From Chrysomallon squamiferum (lineage: Eukaryota > Animalia > Mollusca): a DNA stretch of 64,000 nucleotides. The DNA is taken from the NCBI GenBank assembly GCA_012295275.1, contig CM022678.1, positions 14,074,001-14,138,000 of the forward strand, given 5' to 3'. The notes under the pieces were generated by a model. It was not told the origin of the DNA, did no database searches, and was given only the letters and a program-made list of their open reading frames with translations. The stretch's first letter is position 1; each line of letters opens with the position of its first letter. This document shows, one piece after another, positions 24,696-39,417 of the stretch. The position numbers and the translations under genes are program-made.

Positions 24696-25525
24696 ACCAT
24701 CGATCTTACGATAAATACTAAGACTCAGTGCGTGTTTTAAAACTCAAGGACTACTACAAAAATACTACGGTTTGGTATAACTCTCATATCAAAACTGATA
24801 ATAGAAGCTACTTGAAAAAATAAAATAAAAGCGAAAATAAAATGGCACCATATTTTTCCTATAGACTTCTGTGACAAATTGTGGAAAAGTATACATCTTC
24901 TTCTATTCAGGCTAACTATAGACACAGATACTTTCAGTACTTGTCATTTATAAATAAGCATTTTATAAATATTCAGATAAAAGTGAATTGTGTCATAAAC
25001 TGGATATTTGTGAGAACAAAAGTGACACTTCAAATAAATGCACAAACAATAATTTTAGGCAACCCAAATTATTCTGAAAAAGTTAGTGTTAATTATCAAG
25101 TAGTACATTTATAAATCAAAATGCAAACACCAACAGTTAACTTTAACTGGATTCCAAAATGTTCTGAACATGTATTATTATCCAGATAAATAATGGAAAA
25201 ATTAAATTTGAAGAAAATGGAAATATTTGGACAAACTTATTTGTGTAAAATGTGAATAATATCGTAACAAATTGTGGATGGAAAATGCCAAAATACGCCT
25301 CGAATTTTATTTATTTTTCTACAAGGAGTATGTAGAATATATTTATAGTTTCCTTTTTCTTCGATGTTTTTTTCTTTTCTTTTTTTTCTTTTTTTTCAAC
25401 TAATAATTGGAAACTTTTGTATTTTAAAATATTAATTTACATTTATATTTTGTTATATTAGCATGTATTAGTTGTACTACGTTTTATATTATATTCTGTG
25501 GTGAAAAAAAAATGAAAAAGTTTAA

Positions 25526-25557
<32 letters not shown>

Positions 25558-26308
25558 ATAGTAGTCGTTGTAGCAGTAGTAACAGTAACACATTTTTTAA
25601 ATATAGTCTTTGCTTAACAAATGTTAGTTACATTTTCAGTGTCACCAACGAAATTTTTCTCGTTTATCTAAACTTTGTTTCTTGCTGAGAATTTAAAAGG
25701 AAATAAAAGGAATTACTTTTTTAATTGACTAATTTACAAAAGTTCATCAAATCTCCACTCTCTGTACACATTAAATCCGAAAACTGGAGACATATCATTA
25801 CAGCGTGCTAGCATGTCATGTTGTATATAGTCTTATATCGAAGTCGTTATTGATTGTTTTGTCATGCAAACAACAACAACAACAACAACAAAATGATAAT
25901 AATATTAATAATAATAAAAAAAAAAAACCGACAAAAAACTAAATATTGTTATGTTTCCACTCACTAAATTAAAACATTTCTTGAATACTTTTGTGGCTTA
26001 CTGAAAATGAAGCAAAGGTGTGAAACAACCAATTAGAAATATAAAATAAAATGGTCGACATCTTTACAACCGGTTATTAACTTCTGTCGCGATATTGTGA
26101 TATGAATAATTTATACTGCACTTATGAGATTAAAATATAGTTATGATGTATCTGATTAGGGAGGTCATTAAACATACAGAAACATATTACATCCAAAAAC
26201 ATTTAATATTTTTAAAAAAGAATTTGAAAAATAATTAAATAAAAAAGGTAGGAAAAAGAATACGAAAAAAATAAAGACTATTCATTAAAATAAAATAAAA
26301 TAAAGCAA

Positions 26309-26355
<47 letters not shown>

Positions 26356-26711
26356 TAAATAGTTAAAAGAATAGTTAACCATCCTGAAAATAGGATTAGA
26401 TTAATGCGTCAAGTGATGTTATGGTGTATCCCGAGTCCAATCTGTCTCAAATCATGTGATAAAATGGAAGACTATTTTTGTAGCACTTTCATCTGGCTAT
26501 TTCATCATCACCATTATTACTGCTTTCTGCCTTATTCATTTAGGAAATATCCAGTTTAAACAGACCATCTTTACGAATTGTAGGCTAATTTCAGTCAGTG
26601 TAAAGTAGAATTTATTCGACTCTACTTTCACTGATTCGAACATGAAACAAACTAGTTCCAGTGCTCTTTTTGTTTATCATGAAATCTACACTTCTGAATT
26701 AATTGTTAATA

Positions 26712-27546
26712 GTGATCTTGTTGAAACAATGTGTTACTTTGATGACACTGTTCAAATAAGGTGTTACTTTGATGACTTTGTTCAAAAAATGTGTCACTTT
26801 GATGACATTGTTGAAATTATGTGTTACTTTGATGACACTGTTCAAATAATATGTTACTTTGATGACGTTGTTCAAATAATGTGTTACTTTGATGACGTTC
26901 AAATAATGTGTTACTTTGATGACGTTGTTCAAATAATATCTTACTTTGATGACATTGTTCAAATAATGTGTTACTTTGATGACGTTCAAATAATATGTTA
27001 GTTTGATGACGTTGTTCAAATAATGTGTTACTTTGATGACGTTGTTGAAAGAATGTGTTACTTTGATGACACTGTTCACATAATGTTACTTTGATGACGT
27101 TGTTCAAATAATGTGTTACTTTGATGACGTTGTTAAAAAAGTGTTACTTTGATGACGTCGTTGAAAGAATGTGTTACTTTGATGACACTGTTCAAATAAT
27201 TATGTTACTTTGATGACGTTCAAATAATGTGTTACTTTGATGACGTTGTTCAAAAAATGTGTCACTTTGATGACGTTGTTCAAATAATGTGTTACTTTGA
27301 TGACGTTGTTCAAATAATGTGTACTTTGATGACGTTCAAATAATGTGTTACTTTGATGAAGTTCAAATAATATGTTACTTTGATGACGTTGTTCAAAAAA
27401 GTGTTACTTTGATGACGTTGTTCAAATAATGTGTTACTTTCATGACACTGTTCAAATAATGTGTTACATTGATGACGTTGTTCAAAAAATGTGTCACTTT
27501 GATGACGTTGTTGAAATAATGTGTTACTTTGATGACGTTGATGAAA
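26712..27546. repeat. Minisatellite, ~28 units of 27/30 bp (aatgtgttactttgatgacgttgttcaaat)
   Basis: Direct tandem repeats read from the sequence. The 27-bp variant lacks one gtt. Confidence 0.95.
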
Positions 27547-30500
27547 TAAGATTTTGCGTATTTGACTATTATTACTTATAACTACTGACGTTATACTGCT
27601 ACTACTACTGCAGTTGCTGCTGCTGCTACTACTGCTATTACTGCAACTACTAATACTACCGATATCAAATCAGCAACTACTATAATTACTGCTCCATTAT
27701 AACTCTATTCCTAATAATAATAATAATAATAATAACAATAAGAAGAAGAAGAAGAAGAAAAAGAAGAAGAAGAAGATGAAGAAGAAGAAGAAAAAGAAGA
27801 AGTAGAAAAAGAAGAAGTAGAAAAAGAAGAACAACAACAAACAATAACAACAACAAATTAAAAAAAATATAAAAAAAAGTAAGAAATAAAGAAAAAAGAC
27901 CTTCAAACAAAAGAACAACCTAATCTAACCTAAAGTGATTTCTAATTACACCTGAACCATATATTAAATTACAAATATATTTATATTCGATCAGAATTTG
28001 TCAGGACAAACTCATAATGTACACAGTAGTCATTTTTGGTAAGACTGTTTATTAAGTCCAACTTGAATGATATTGGTTAATCTGTTATTAAAATCTTCCA
28101 TAGTGCCTGGAGGCTATTAATTGTCATTATAGACTCGGGTCATATAATTCATATTCAGTCCTTTTGAGCACTTACTTAATCAGTGTCGACTATAACCGCA
28201 AATTGCAGTTTTCAGGAACTACCTCGACAACTCGATGTATTGTACATATGTTACGCCATAAATTTAAATTTTCATTTTAAATCTCCGTTGCAAGACATTG
28301 TCACTGGTTATAAGAGTTCAGGTCTAGTCACATAATGAATTTCATTAACTTAAACTGCCGCTTTCATTTAAATTCTATTAATGTACACAAATATCTATAT
28401 ACACATACATACACACACATATTAATAAATTATATTATTCATGAACTAATGTAGATTCAGCTTCTGCTTCATTTACATTCACGTCATATTGTTACAATGT
28501 AATTCGTTATGCGGCCAATTTATTTGTCCGTGTGTTCTTAAAATACTCTGATATAAAAATTATGTTCGTAGCGTTAGAAGTATAGTTATGAATTTTCCAA
28601 GAATTTTGGGGGGTTTTTTTTAGTGTCATTATCATTTTTATTATTTGTTGTTGTTGTTAACGAAAATGGAATATTTGGAACACAGACTATATCAGAGACA
28701 ATCTCGTTTCAGAATCGCCTCTTTTAAAAGTGAGATTATTAAAAAATGGTAAGTGTGCGCAAACACCCCCAAAAATTCATAACTTTGGAACTATTTGATT
28801 GACAACTTTGAATGTTTTATGACTGAAATCAAGATACAAAGGTTTAAAATTACAGTTAGGAGTCAAATTTGTATTTCCCAAACAGACGTTCACTTGTAAG
28901 TTCCTAATAAAAAGACCTGCGCGCTGATGGGACAGACAACTTTCTTAGAGAGCGCGACCAGGCTTCACAACAACTTGCGCTGATTAGCACGTTAACGTTT
29001 CACTCTCCCGTTCACTATTAAGCATGTTACAGTTCGAGTCTTATTGACGTGATTCAGCTGTCATCCTAGACAAATGGAAGAAAGTAATAACATAGTTTCG
29101 CCTCATTGAACTTGTGAAGAAAAGATTTAGAAAACATTTAGAGCTGCGGTACTTATCAGTAAATATCAATGCAATGGACTGACACTGAGTGTTTTGTCTC
29201 AAAGCCATTTAAAAAAAAAAATTCCTTTACAAATTTCATTAATATTAATAGCTTGCGGAGGGAAAGGGCGATCATAGACTTGATTGGAATAAAACAAATT
29301 CTTTTTTTCCATTTTTCTTTCCCCTCTCTCTCTTTTCTTTTCTTGCTTCCTGTTATTTATAATGCGCGCGCGCACAAACAAATAATCTGTAAATGAACTG
29401 TTATTAAGGTTGTTTCTTTTCTAGTAACTATTCTGAGAGTTTAACTGTAACGCAGATACAAGTTTAAGTGTTATCATCTACGCTTTTTATAAACTCATTT
29501 TACATTACAATTTCATAAAATTATGCCATTCTATAGCATTATCAGCCACAGTTAAATTCTGGTTTGTCTGCTGAAGCGATTTATTTTCCTCCAACTTCGT
29601 ATGTAGAATTGTAACAAAATTTCTTACTGTCTTCACACCTTTATTATGTTGAGAAAACAAATTACTCGGTCTGTGAATGTTAAAAATAATAATAATAATA
29701 AAAATTTGTTAAAAAAATGTTTGTATTTTTCAGAATCATCATTTTTGATTATGTCTTTTATTTCTTTTTCTTTTCTTTAAGGAATATATTTTAATTATAT
29801 TATTGGATTTAGCGTTGTAAATTCACCTTCACATAAATAAACATAAACAAATGTATAAATGTGTGCTATATGTTTGTATGTGTTTGTGTGTGTGTGCGTG
29901 AGTGTGTGTTAGCGTTCGTACATCTGACAGGTATCGCCAGAGACATTCGAGAAAGCAATAGCACAGTGATGACCTATGATGACATGAAGCTTAACTGCCG
30001 TTCAGAGACTCAGACGTGTTGCTATATACTTGAATCTCTGTTCCAGTTTTATTACACCAGCAGCAGCAACATTAATAAAAAAAATAATGAGTAAATCAAT
30101 AGAATAATTGTGACACTATATTATAGCAATACAAATATTATAACTGTGAGTTCACCTTAAACTCGGCTCCGTATAATTGTTTCAACATCCGGCGTTCACC
30201 AACATCTCTATTTATTTTTTATTTTCGAAGTTTGAAAGTAATTTCAAAGTCTGAGTTTCACATATTGATTTTTGTGACTTTGATGTATATTAAGTCTGAC
30301 GTTTCAATCTTTCAAAGGTCAAAAGAGGTCATTTATCTCAAAGAAAGTTAGAAATCTCGCCTGTCGCATGTTCAAAATGAGAAAAAAATAAAAACAATCT
30401 TATCTGACATATTTAGTAATTACACAAAAGAGCAAAATATGTATAAAAATGACCCTTTTGAAAAAAAAGAATGTATTATTATTATTATTTTAAATGTCAA

Positions 30501-31131
30501 ATGAAATTTATTAGTATATATTTTTTTTTCTTCAATATAGGTTTTCAAGTTACACATTTTTAATGTTTCCAGTGAAAATTTAATAATTCGATTTGCTCGA
30601 TACAGACACGAGAACTCTGTAGTAGCTCTTGACGACGCTACGGTCATAACGCATCAGTCGGTGTTTTCTTATATTTATAATTTATGTACACGTGTGGATG
30701 CTGAAGAATAAAAAACAACAACAACAAAAAATAAAAATAAATAAACGTTTCCTCTAACGAAGCAGGGGAAGGTTAAGAAAACAATTTTATAGCCTGAAGG
30801 GTTTTTTAATATAATTTTTTTTTAGTTTATTTTAAACGTTAATATTTTCAACTCAGGTTAATTAGCCAGACTTTAATTTCCCCGGTAATCCACAGATTTG
30901 AAACTGTAAAATTGTGTGTACCAGTTCACATACATAGATGTCTTCATACAGCTGTATTTTTCATTCATTCAGTTACTCCGTCTTGTTCTTTTTATTATTA
31001 GTAGTAGTAGTTCGGTGAGAAATTAGAAATATTTAAATGTGAATAAAAACACAGAAGAAAGAAAGAAAAAGAAAAAACAAAGAACACAGAAAAATAAAGA
31101 GAGAAATAATAATTTTCTCGCTCAATTTAAT

Positions 31132-31729
31132 GGTATGTTCCCAAAACTGGCAGTCTCCAGATTATGTAATCGGTGAGATGTTATAATGCGCTTCCAGAAA
31201 TGGGAAAACTGGCGTGAGCAATTAAGGCCAATTTAGAGGTATGAGAACAGAGGGGGCGATTAACGAGATTAACTTTAATGAGCAGTGAAGGTTACAACAG
31301 TAGGTTGGCCAAGAGAGGAGTGAAACCACACATGAACATATACGAGCTGATTCTCTTGTTCAAGTCAGAGAACGCCAACGAGGAAGCCCATCTGCTGCAG
31401 CTGGAAGATGGACAGAAATCAAGGAAGTCCCGCCGCACCGAAGAAGACAAGCACAAGCTCTTCCAGCTGGGGTTGGAGTACGTCACGTGTACCCGGGACA
31501 CGGCTTCCTGCTTGTCAGCTTGCGGTGGAGTGCTTTCTGGAACATTTCTTGTGTAGGGTGACTGATTGTCCTACAAATTGTGGACAAAAGTACATCAATT
31601 AAGGTGATGGGCCATCAGTTAAGGTAACAAAACACCAAATAAAATGAGAAATAAAATGCCAGAAATGGAACGACTTGCGTGTCCAATTAAGATGTGTTAT
31701 AATCTCACTGCCAGATTCGGGAATAAACC
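31132..31729 (+). mobile_element. Non-autonomous MULE-type DNA transposon carrying the transposase C-terminus
   Basis: TIRs ggtatgttcccaaaactggcagt / actgccagattcgggaataaacc; 8-bp TSD aatttaat / actttaat. Internal ORF 31278-31556 (EGYNSRLAKRGVKPHMNIYELILLFKSE...LLQLEDG) resembles the EGWHNRLN..HPNIYELI C-terminus of metazoan MULE transposases. Confidence 0.75.
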
Positions 31730-33564
31730 ACTTTAATACATTGAGAAAAAAGAAGTATTACTAATATTCTGTCTGTATAAAAAATCATTAGCACTTCTCC
31801 TACTAGTACTAACATATTACATTATGTGAGTTAGGTGTCCTCCCACCTAGCCAAAAACCTAACAAAATCAATCTATTACGACAACATTGGGTTTTGGTTA
31901 GATGTGTGATGCTGACCGAAAGTTATCCGTGTTTATCTATATCGCGTTTGAGAAGTGGAAGTGCAGAAATACGTTAGTCAAATGCCGTGTCATGCAGAAG
32001 GTAAATAATATTTATGGTCAAACTTTCATTAATATTCATACTTTGCTATATTTACATATATTTCATTCACCTTGTGACGATACGTACACAAACTTTAAAA
32101 TTTAAATTCAATCAATCACCAGTAAGCACTTACTATTTCATCTAATTCGTTAGAATGATCGAGGATCAGCTGAATTAATCAATCACGGACTAGATTAATA
32201 ACAGTGAACCAATCACGTTTTGAATAATGGAGTCTTTTGCTTTGTGTGAGATCATGTTGTTTTCATTTGATGCTGACATCTAGATTGCTTCTGTAAAGTT
32301 TAATTACAAGTGGTCAATTTCAAAGCTGACTGGCATCTGAAATAATTTTGAGGTAAATCATTTTCATTTCTCACTATCAGCCACTTGTAAGCACTGAAGT
32401 TGAGTGTAGATAGTTATATAAGAGAAAGGAAAGAAGGAAAAAGAAAATAAGAACAACAAGGTAAAAAGAAACATAACAAAAAGAAGAGATGAGACAGTAA
32501 CTAAATAGTAACTGTTTGAATCTAGCCGCACGCTGACGCTGACATGAACAGTCTGAATTGCTAACATAGGCAGCAATACAAGTTCACCAGATTCTTATGA
32601 TTTATCAATAATTCAATATTTAGGTAAAGGTTGAAACGACAAATGGGGACCAAATAAATCCCTGTAACTGATATCGTTGATCTGCTTGTTTTCAGTAATA
32701 TTAATCCAGTATAAAAGTATCGTAATGAGTAACATTTTTATTCAAACTTTGGCCTCTTTGGTCTGTTGGATCGTACGTACGTGTCTTTTGCTTGGCTGGG
32801 GAGATGATATGAAAATACCACATAAGTTTCATACTGATTTTTTGAAAAAAAAAAAAAAAAAAAAAAAAAATGGCTCTCGTTCTTTAACTCGGTACTGGTC
32901 CACTTTCCTTCCAAGTAGGTTTCTTGTCTTATATGGGGTGGTCGGGGTAGTCTTTTCTGGCGTCGTGGTATAATAGGTTTGACCTAGGCACTGGCAGCAG
33001 TTGTAAAATTGTTGTTCAAAGTTAGCTATTTAAACTATAAATGATTATATAATCAGGTTTATCTTTTGCTAATGTATTTTAATTTACGGCTTTAAATCCT
33101 AGATTCACAATAAAAAAATAAAAAAAGAACCCACCCAAACTAATCTGTATTTTCACATCCAAACGCTGATGATAGAAATATTAATCAATGTGTTTCAGTG
33201 TTTGAACAAAATAAACGTTTCCCGATTCTCTCATTAACTATTTGAACTGAACTGATTTAATTAAATTCACACAAGCAGTTAGAAAAAACATTTCAGTCAC
33301 TTTGCAAAATATTAGATTTAGCGAGTCAAGCATTGATCGATTACTAGTCGTTAAAAACCATTTAACTTCTTCTGCTGTCAAGACAAACAAAATAAAATGG
33401 AAAATAAAATAAAATTAATCATGTTTGGCATGTCTAGTCAATGTTAATGAAATACGTTAAAAAAAAAGGTAAAAAGAAAAAGATAGAGGTAAAATAAAAA
33501 AAAGCGTAAATGCGCTTAACCTCTGTATGTATCTATAAATGTGTGTGTGGGTGTGTGTGTGTGG

Positions 33565-33568
<4 letters not shown>

Positions 33569-33658
<90 letters not shown>
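33569..33658. repeat. (GA)n microsatellite
   Basis: ~90-bp perfect dinucleotide run next to a (GT)n run. Confidence 0.95.
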
Positions 33659-33661
<3 letters not shown>

Positions 33662-36132
33662 ATATTTTCATGTAATAAAATATTATATTTTGTCATGTTA
33701 TATATATCTGTGCTTGTGTATAATTATTTTCTTTCTTCATTTTGTATACACCTACTTATATTTTATTATTTTATTAAATTTGCAAAAAAGACATTTACAT
33801 CTACATCGTTAATTAATGAAGTAGTAGCGATGATACGCATAATTAATAACGATCAGATACAAGCAATAAAAGTGGAAATACCTTTATTCATTCTTTCGAC
33901 TATCAGCCTGATCGAAATGTAGATATCGGTAATGCTTTGGAAATTCGGTTAATCGAAATTTAGTACTAATAATTCCTGTCAGTTATATTCATCGTTTTCA
34001 GCTAACGTTTCTTCGTGCATCATTTACTCCAACACTTTTTCGTTTTTACATACCACTTCTCAGTTAGGCACTTCAAATAAAATTAATACATTTGACTTAC
34101 AACTCGACGTAAGACAGACACGCGAACTCTCTGGTTATAGATAAAGCATAGAGAGACGAGAATGGCTGTTGACAAGTACAGCGTCTCTAGGGTTCACAGA
34201 AACGTAATCATTTCTTGCTGGACTCATAAAGTACTTGTACTGACCCCCAGGGGAAGGGATGAACATGAAGAAAAGATTTATGAAAACTGTGAGTGCAGTG
34301 AAGAATGATATTTGTAAATGGTGGTTAATGCACGGTGAACAAGTCGTGGCTGAGCATTTAGAGATAATTTGTTGATTGCATTATCTGACAAAATGATCAG
34401 TGTAAGGTTATTGTATCAGTCAGGCCCTTAAGTGTTTATTTATTATTTTTCGTCAGTTCTTCTTCCTCTCATTATTTGAATGAAAGGTATTTCTTTTTGA
34501 AATTTTGAATAACTGTGAAAAGGTTTTGAAAGTTTCGAATAGGGATAGTAGTAGTGACAGTAATATCAGTAGTTGTAGTAGTAGTACGTAGGAGTAGAAG
34601 TAGTAATAATAGAAGCAGCAGCAGCAGGAGTAGTAATAGAAGAAGAAATGGTAGAGTTTGCAAGAGTGAGGCAGTAACCTCTGTCAAATTATGATCTACA
34701 TTTAATTTTTCTTTCCTTCCACTTCTTTTCTGTTTTGTTTTGTTTCGTTGTTTTATAATGTCAGCAGATTTTTCCTTTTCTTTGCTGATGAGTTTCCAGT
34801 TTAGCTAGTATTCCTCGGAAATATGTCGAATTATTCAGGACTAGAAATAAGATGTAAATGAATATATTTCCAATTACCAAAGATTTAAATTTACAAACAA
34901 AAGAAGTCGGGAGATTAATTATGGCATCGTCCTTTATGATGAATAATCTCGACAATGCCATAGATTAATCAGAAATAATAATAAAAAGAAACAAAATAAC
35001 AACAACACCAATAGAAAAAAAAAAAAAAAAAAAAAAAGAAAAAATATAACACAAAACTCAGCTAAAAATTATATGTGTAATCAACGTTTATTTAATCTTT
35101 TATATTTAGATTACTATTCCTGTCTCTCTTCTAACGTTTACTTCAGCTGAGGCTTCGCAAATGTTTGTCCTCCTGAGGCGACCCAGGTTGAAATGTGCAA
35201 TACGATATTGTCTGAAAATGGTAAACGTTTTACATCAATTTGATGAAGCATTCCTGTAACTAACTGTAGGCTCCGTTACACGGGAAAAAACTGACAAGAA
35301 ATGAAATCATGCACATTATTAGCTAACGTGCAGTAAGTCGACTGATTAGTTACTTACGACCCGTAAGTATTTTTTGCACACATGTGATCTTGTTTAGAGA
35401 ATGAAACCATTTCACCTGAATTAAAAATTGCAGTATCTAATGCAGGTATTACTGACACATCTGGCAGAACTAAATTAAATAATTCACGCTGAAAGTTATA
35501 CCATGGCTGTAGATAAGAGCTTTCTGCATTACGCTGTGGGTTTGATTTCACTCAATGCAGGCGCTGTTGTAGTGTGTTTTACTTATCATTACTACTACTA
35601 CAACAACTACTACTACTGCTACTGCCATTACTGCTATATCATTATTAGAAGGAGAATAGTTTTTTCTACATCTTTAATCAGACAATTTGTAAAAAGGAAT
35701 ACAAATTCGCTATAGGTGTTATTTGTTCATAGCAAATGTTTTGTAATGAAAACGAGAAACATCATTTTAATATTTGACGACCTTTATTGTTTGAAAACTT
35801 TTTTCTTTTATTGTATTTAATACTAAAAACGCATAATCACAGAAAATGTGCTATAAAAAAAATCTAAATAAATAAATAAAAATAAAAAATAAAAACGCAG
35901 AAGAAAAGAAAAAAATTGAAAACAACTCTAAGTGTCAGAAACAAAAACATCAGAACAATTTTGTGGAGTGAGAACTAAAACATGATGAAAATAAACATAA
36001 TTCTCTGTTTGGTTGTAAATGCTTGTCTTAAGGAAAGTAAAACTGAAAATACGTTTTGAGAAAAACTTTGACCGATCTCTTTTGAATGATTTCATGTTTG
36101 TTCTCAATAATAACTCAGGTTTTCTACAATGG

Positions 36133-36304
36133 AAATACATCATATAGTAAATTTCATTTGTGCATAAACGACCCTGTTCTGTTTAAATGTTCATTTCTTA
36201 TTAAAATACACATATAAAATATTCAGTATGTCTGTCTTCTGCACAAATAACATTGGAGAATACACGGAACAGAGGAACTGTGGAGACACTCAGTGTGTGC
36301 ATAT

Positions 36305-36312
<8 letters not shown>
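36133..36312 (+). repeat. ~180-bp direct repeat, copy 1, followed by (GT)n
   Basis: Near-identical to 39418-39595 (catatagtaaatttcatttgtgcataaacgaccctg...ggaactgtggagacactcagtgtgtgcatatgag). Confidence 0.9.
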
Positions 36313-36354
<42 letters not shown>

Positions 36355-37477
36355 TTGGGTGTGTGTGTGTGTGTGTGTGTGTGTAGACCTTCATATTTAC
36401 ACTAATGTCTATTCTACATACGTATGCGTGGGTGTCTGTGTATTAATGCAACAGACAAACACAGAGGTTGATCCGAAAGCTAATCAGTGTTCGCTGATGT
36501 TCCTCACTGAATGTCATAATTAGAAAGCTGATCACTTTCATACTCTGACATCACACATCTGATGTCGACACATTAACAATGTCTGTCTAATCTGGACTCA
36601 TATGTTTTTGACTGCCTAATGAAAACATCCCAGTATTAGCTAATTCAGATTCACATCTTTATACAAAAGAAACACGGGTCTTTCTTTCTAGGGGCTTTGC
36701 ATGGTCTCAGCGATTCTTCCTTAAAGCGATATCCACCTCAATATTTTTATTTTCCATCCCACTCTGTCTCGCATTATATGGTTTATCAAACGCGCACGCA
36801 CACCCACACCCACACACAAACATACATACCTACATACCTACATACATATATATATACACACACACACACAGACACACACACACACACACACACACAAACA
36901 TATACATATACACACATAAAAAGCATAAATAGATATACAGACACAGGGGCTCGGGTGTAAGTGTACTACTCTAGGGTTGTCTTATATCTTAGTGTGTAAA
37001 GCAGTGGTTAGGACTGGTCTGAACGGGAAGTTAGCCACTGTGTGTGTCTCGTAACAATTTATCTTAACGACTATTTTAATATGGTTTTATCGTGTAAGGT
37101 GAACATTTACAAGCTAGTGTGTTACTAATATGACCGTAGGAGTGTTAAAATAAATAAATAAATAAATAAAATAAAATAAACCAACCAACCAACCAACAAA
37201 CAAACAAATATTAAATAAATAAATAAAATTAAATTAAAAAATATTTTTGTGATCGAGTTCATTTCAGTTCTGCAATAATCAGACTTTACGGTTATAGACT
37301 GTTGGAGAATGATTTCATCAACTAGAAATATGTGTTCCAAACATTAAAAAATGTACTATCATCTTGTTTACAAAGCTTTAAATAAATTTTAAAAATACAT
37401 AGTAAATAGATTACAGGTTATAACTGTATTTTTACAACGTAAATATGCAGTTTGACCATGTAATCAGATTGAACAAG

Positions 37478-37516
<39 letters not shown>

Positions 37517-38293
37517 TCAGTGATGAAAAACGCTGTTAACATACTCTATCTCGTGTGACATACGGCGATATTACTTGGCACCTACTATCAATTATATTTC
37601 TTATTACTGAAGAACCAGAAAGCTGAAATGTTTCTCGTTCTTTCCTGGTCTTCACTGTAATCATTCACTTAAATCACTGCGGGAATTCCAAAACTAACGT
37701 CTTTTCAGTTTATTTTTTAGATTGTTTTTTTTTTTTAAATTTTTTTTTTTAAATTTTTTCTTCTTTTGTTTATTTATGTATTTATTTTATTTTATTTTTT
37801 ACTGAACGAAAGCTTTAAAAAAAATTTCTTCTTAATACACCTGTAAGGATTCTTTCCTCATGTCTGGTTTTTCGTTTCTTTGCTGTTATTTGATTAAAAT
37901 TAAACACACACACACACATACATACACACACACACACAAAATAAAAATAAAAGAACTAGGCCGAAATGTACTCTTTAAATTAGGATTGGCAAATGTACTT
38001 TGTTAGAATGTCCGTTTGCCGTCAATATGTACGTCAATCACATCATAAGTGTGTATTTGGTGTTGACAGAAATAATGATGTTATTTTTATCACAATCACT
38101 AAGAATTACAAGGCAGTTTATATTTATTTCAAGAACTATTACACTTCCAAAAGTATAAACAGCGCGAATCACGCGACAAGAGAGCTGAGATTCGTTATTG
38201 AGCCTACAATTAAAAGCTTTATGGAGATTACAATAAAACATTGCGAATTGTTTGTAATTTTGTAAGTTATTAGGAGACCCACATATTTATATT

Positions 38294-38296
<3 letters not shown>

Positions 38297-38383
<87 letters not shown>
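38297..38383. repeat. (AG)n microsatellite
   Basis: ~87-bp perfect run. Confidence 0.95.
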
Positions 38384-38388
<5 letters not shown>

Positions 38389-39417
38389 TTTGGAATTTAA
38401 ATCTAAAAACGTCAGATCAATATACTCTTTGGAGTTTTACCTAACGACTCTATATATCGACAGTGGTGTATGATATAGACAGAGTCTGCCTATCATTGGA
38501 GACTTCATGTTTGATTAGCTTATTAGTGTCAGAACTGTAGCCAAATTACATGCTCATCACGCCAGCGATGTTGCTTAAATACAGCACAGCGAAACACTCA
38601 TTTTTCTCTTCCATCTAACCACACACTGTGACATGGCGACATATCCCAAGGGCGAGTCACAAGATATAAACAGAAAACTCATACACAGTTAATGTGTTCT
38701 GAATTGTGGGTGTATGAATGTGTACGTGTGCACGTGTCTGTGTGTATGCGTGTGCGTTGTGTTGATATACGTTTGATCGGGAATTTCACTGCGATAAAAA
38801 GAAACTTGATACAAAGACTTTTAAAACTAAACTGTCAGATAGAAAGTTGTGTTTTACAATATATACAGAGAGATTTCTTATACAGAGACTTTCAGTACAC
38901 GACAGTGTGACGGTAGTTTACAGTCTTAATCCTGCATTATTTAGACGAGAATAAAATTTCAATAAAATGAAATAAAATAAAATAAATAATATAAATAAAT
39001 AAATATAACGGTTGATATAAAAACGACTTTGTAAGTTAAGATCACATTTCCCTCATTAGGTTGCTTTACTAGCTAAATTATGAAGAATGTAAAATTAATT
39101 AACTGTACACGTTTCGCAAAGTTTCAATAATCCACGGGGACAAAACAAGAGGGGAGGAATAAATCCTAATAATTTTTTTTTTTTTTTTTTTTTTTTATGC
39201 GCTTAATATTTAATATTGAAATAGAAAATTATGTTTAATTTGCTGTTTTGACACATGCTGGTTCTGATCAAACATACGTTTGTGTGTGCTACTCAGTCTG
39301 ACGTCATAAACTAGTTTGCTTGGAATGCAATTTACTAGTCATCCAAATAAAAAAAAATAATAATAATAATAAAAACCTTTCATAATCCTCAGTTTCAATG
39401 TCATAACTTCCTAAAGT

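Larger units (their letters stand above)
22250..25330 (+). mobile_element. Heavily decayed non-LTR retrotransposon (L1/Tx1-like) ORF2 remnant
   Basis: Frameshifted motifs in the expected order. Endonuclease: GDWN (~22332), LVDIWR, KQSRL, TDH. Reverse transcriptase: KSPETDG..EFY (~23150), KNWRPESLLNTIYK (~23282), KAFDTISWNFL (~23495), QFVDDTTLLL (~23978). Boundaries approximate. Confidence 0.8.

Noticed and set aside
26642-27107. Three overlapping repetitive ORFs (MCYFDDVVQI repeats and similar)
   Set aside because: By-products of a 27/30-bp tandem repeat. The frame breaks within the array and there is no splice or domain support.
35351-35369. Perfect 8-bp hairpin tacttacg-acc-cgtaagta
   Set aside because: Too short to exceed chance in 64 kb, and there is no terminator or Helitron end context.
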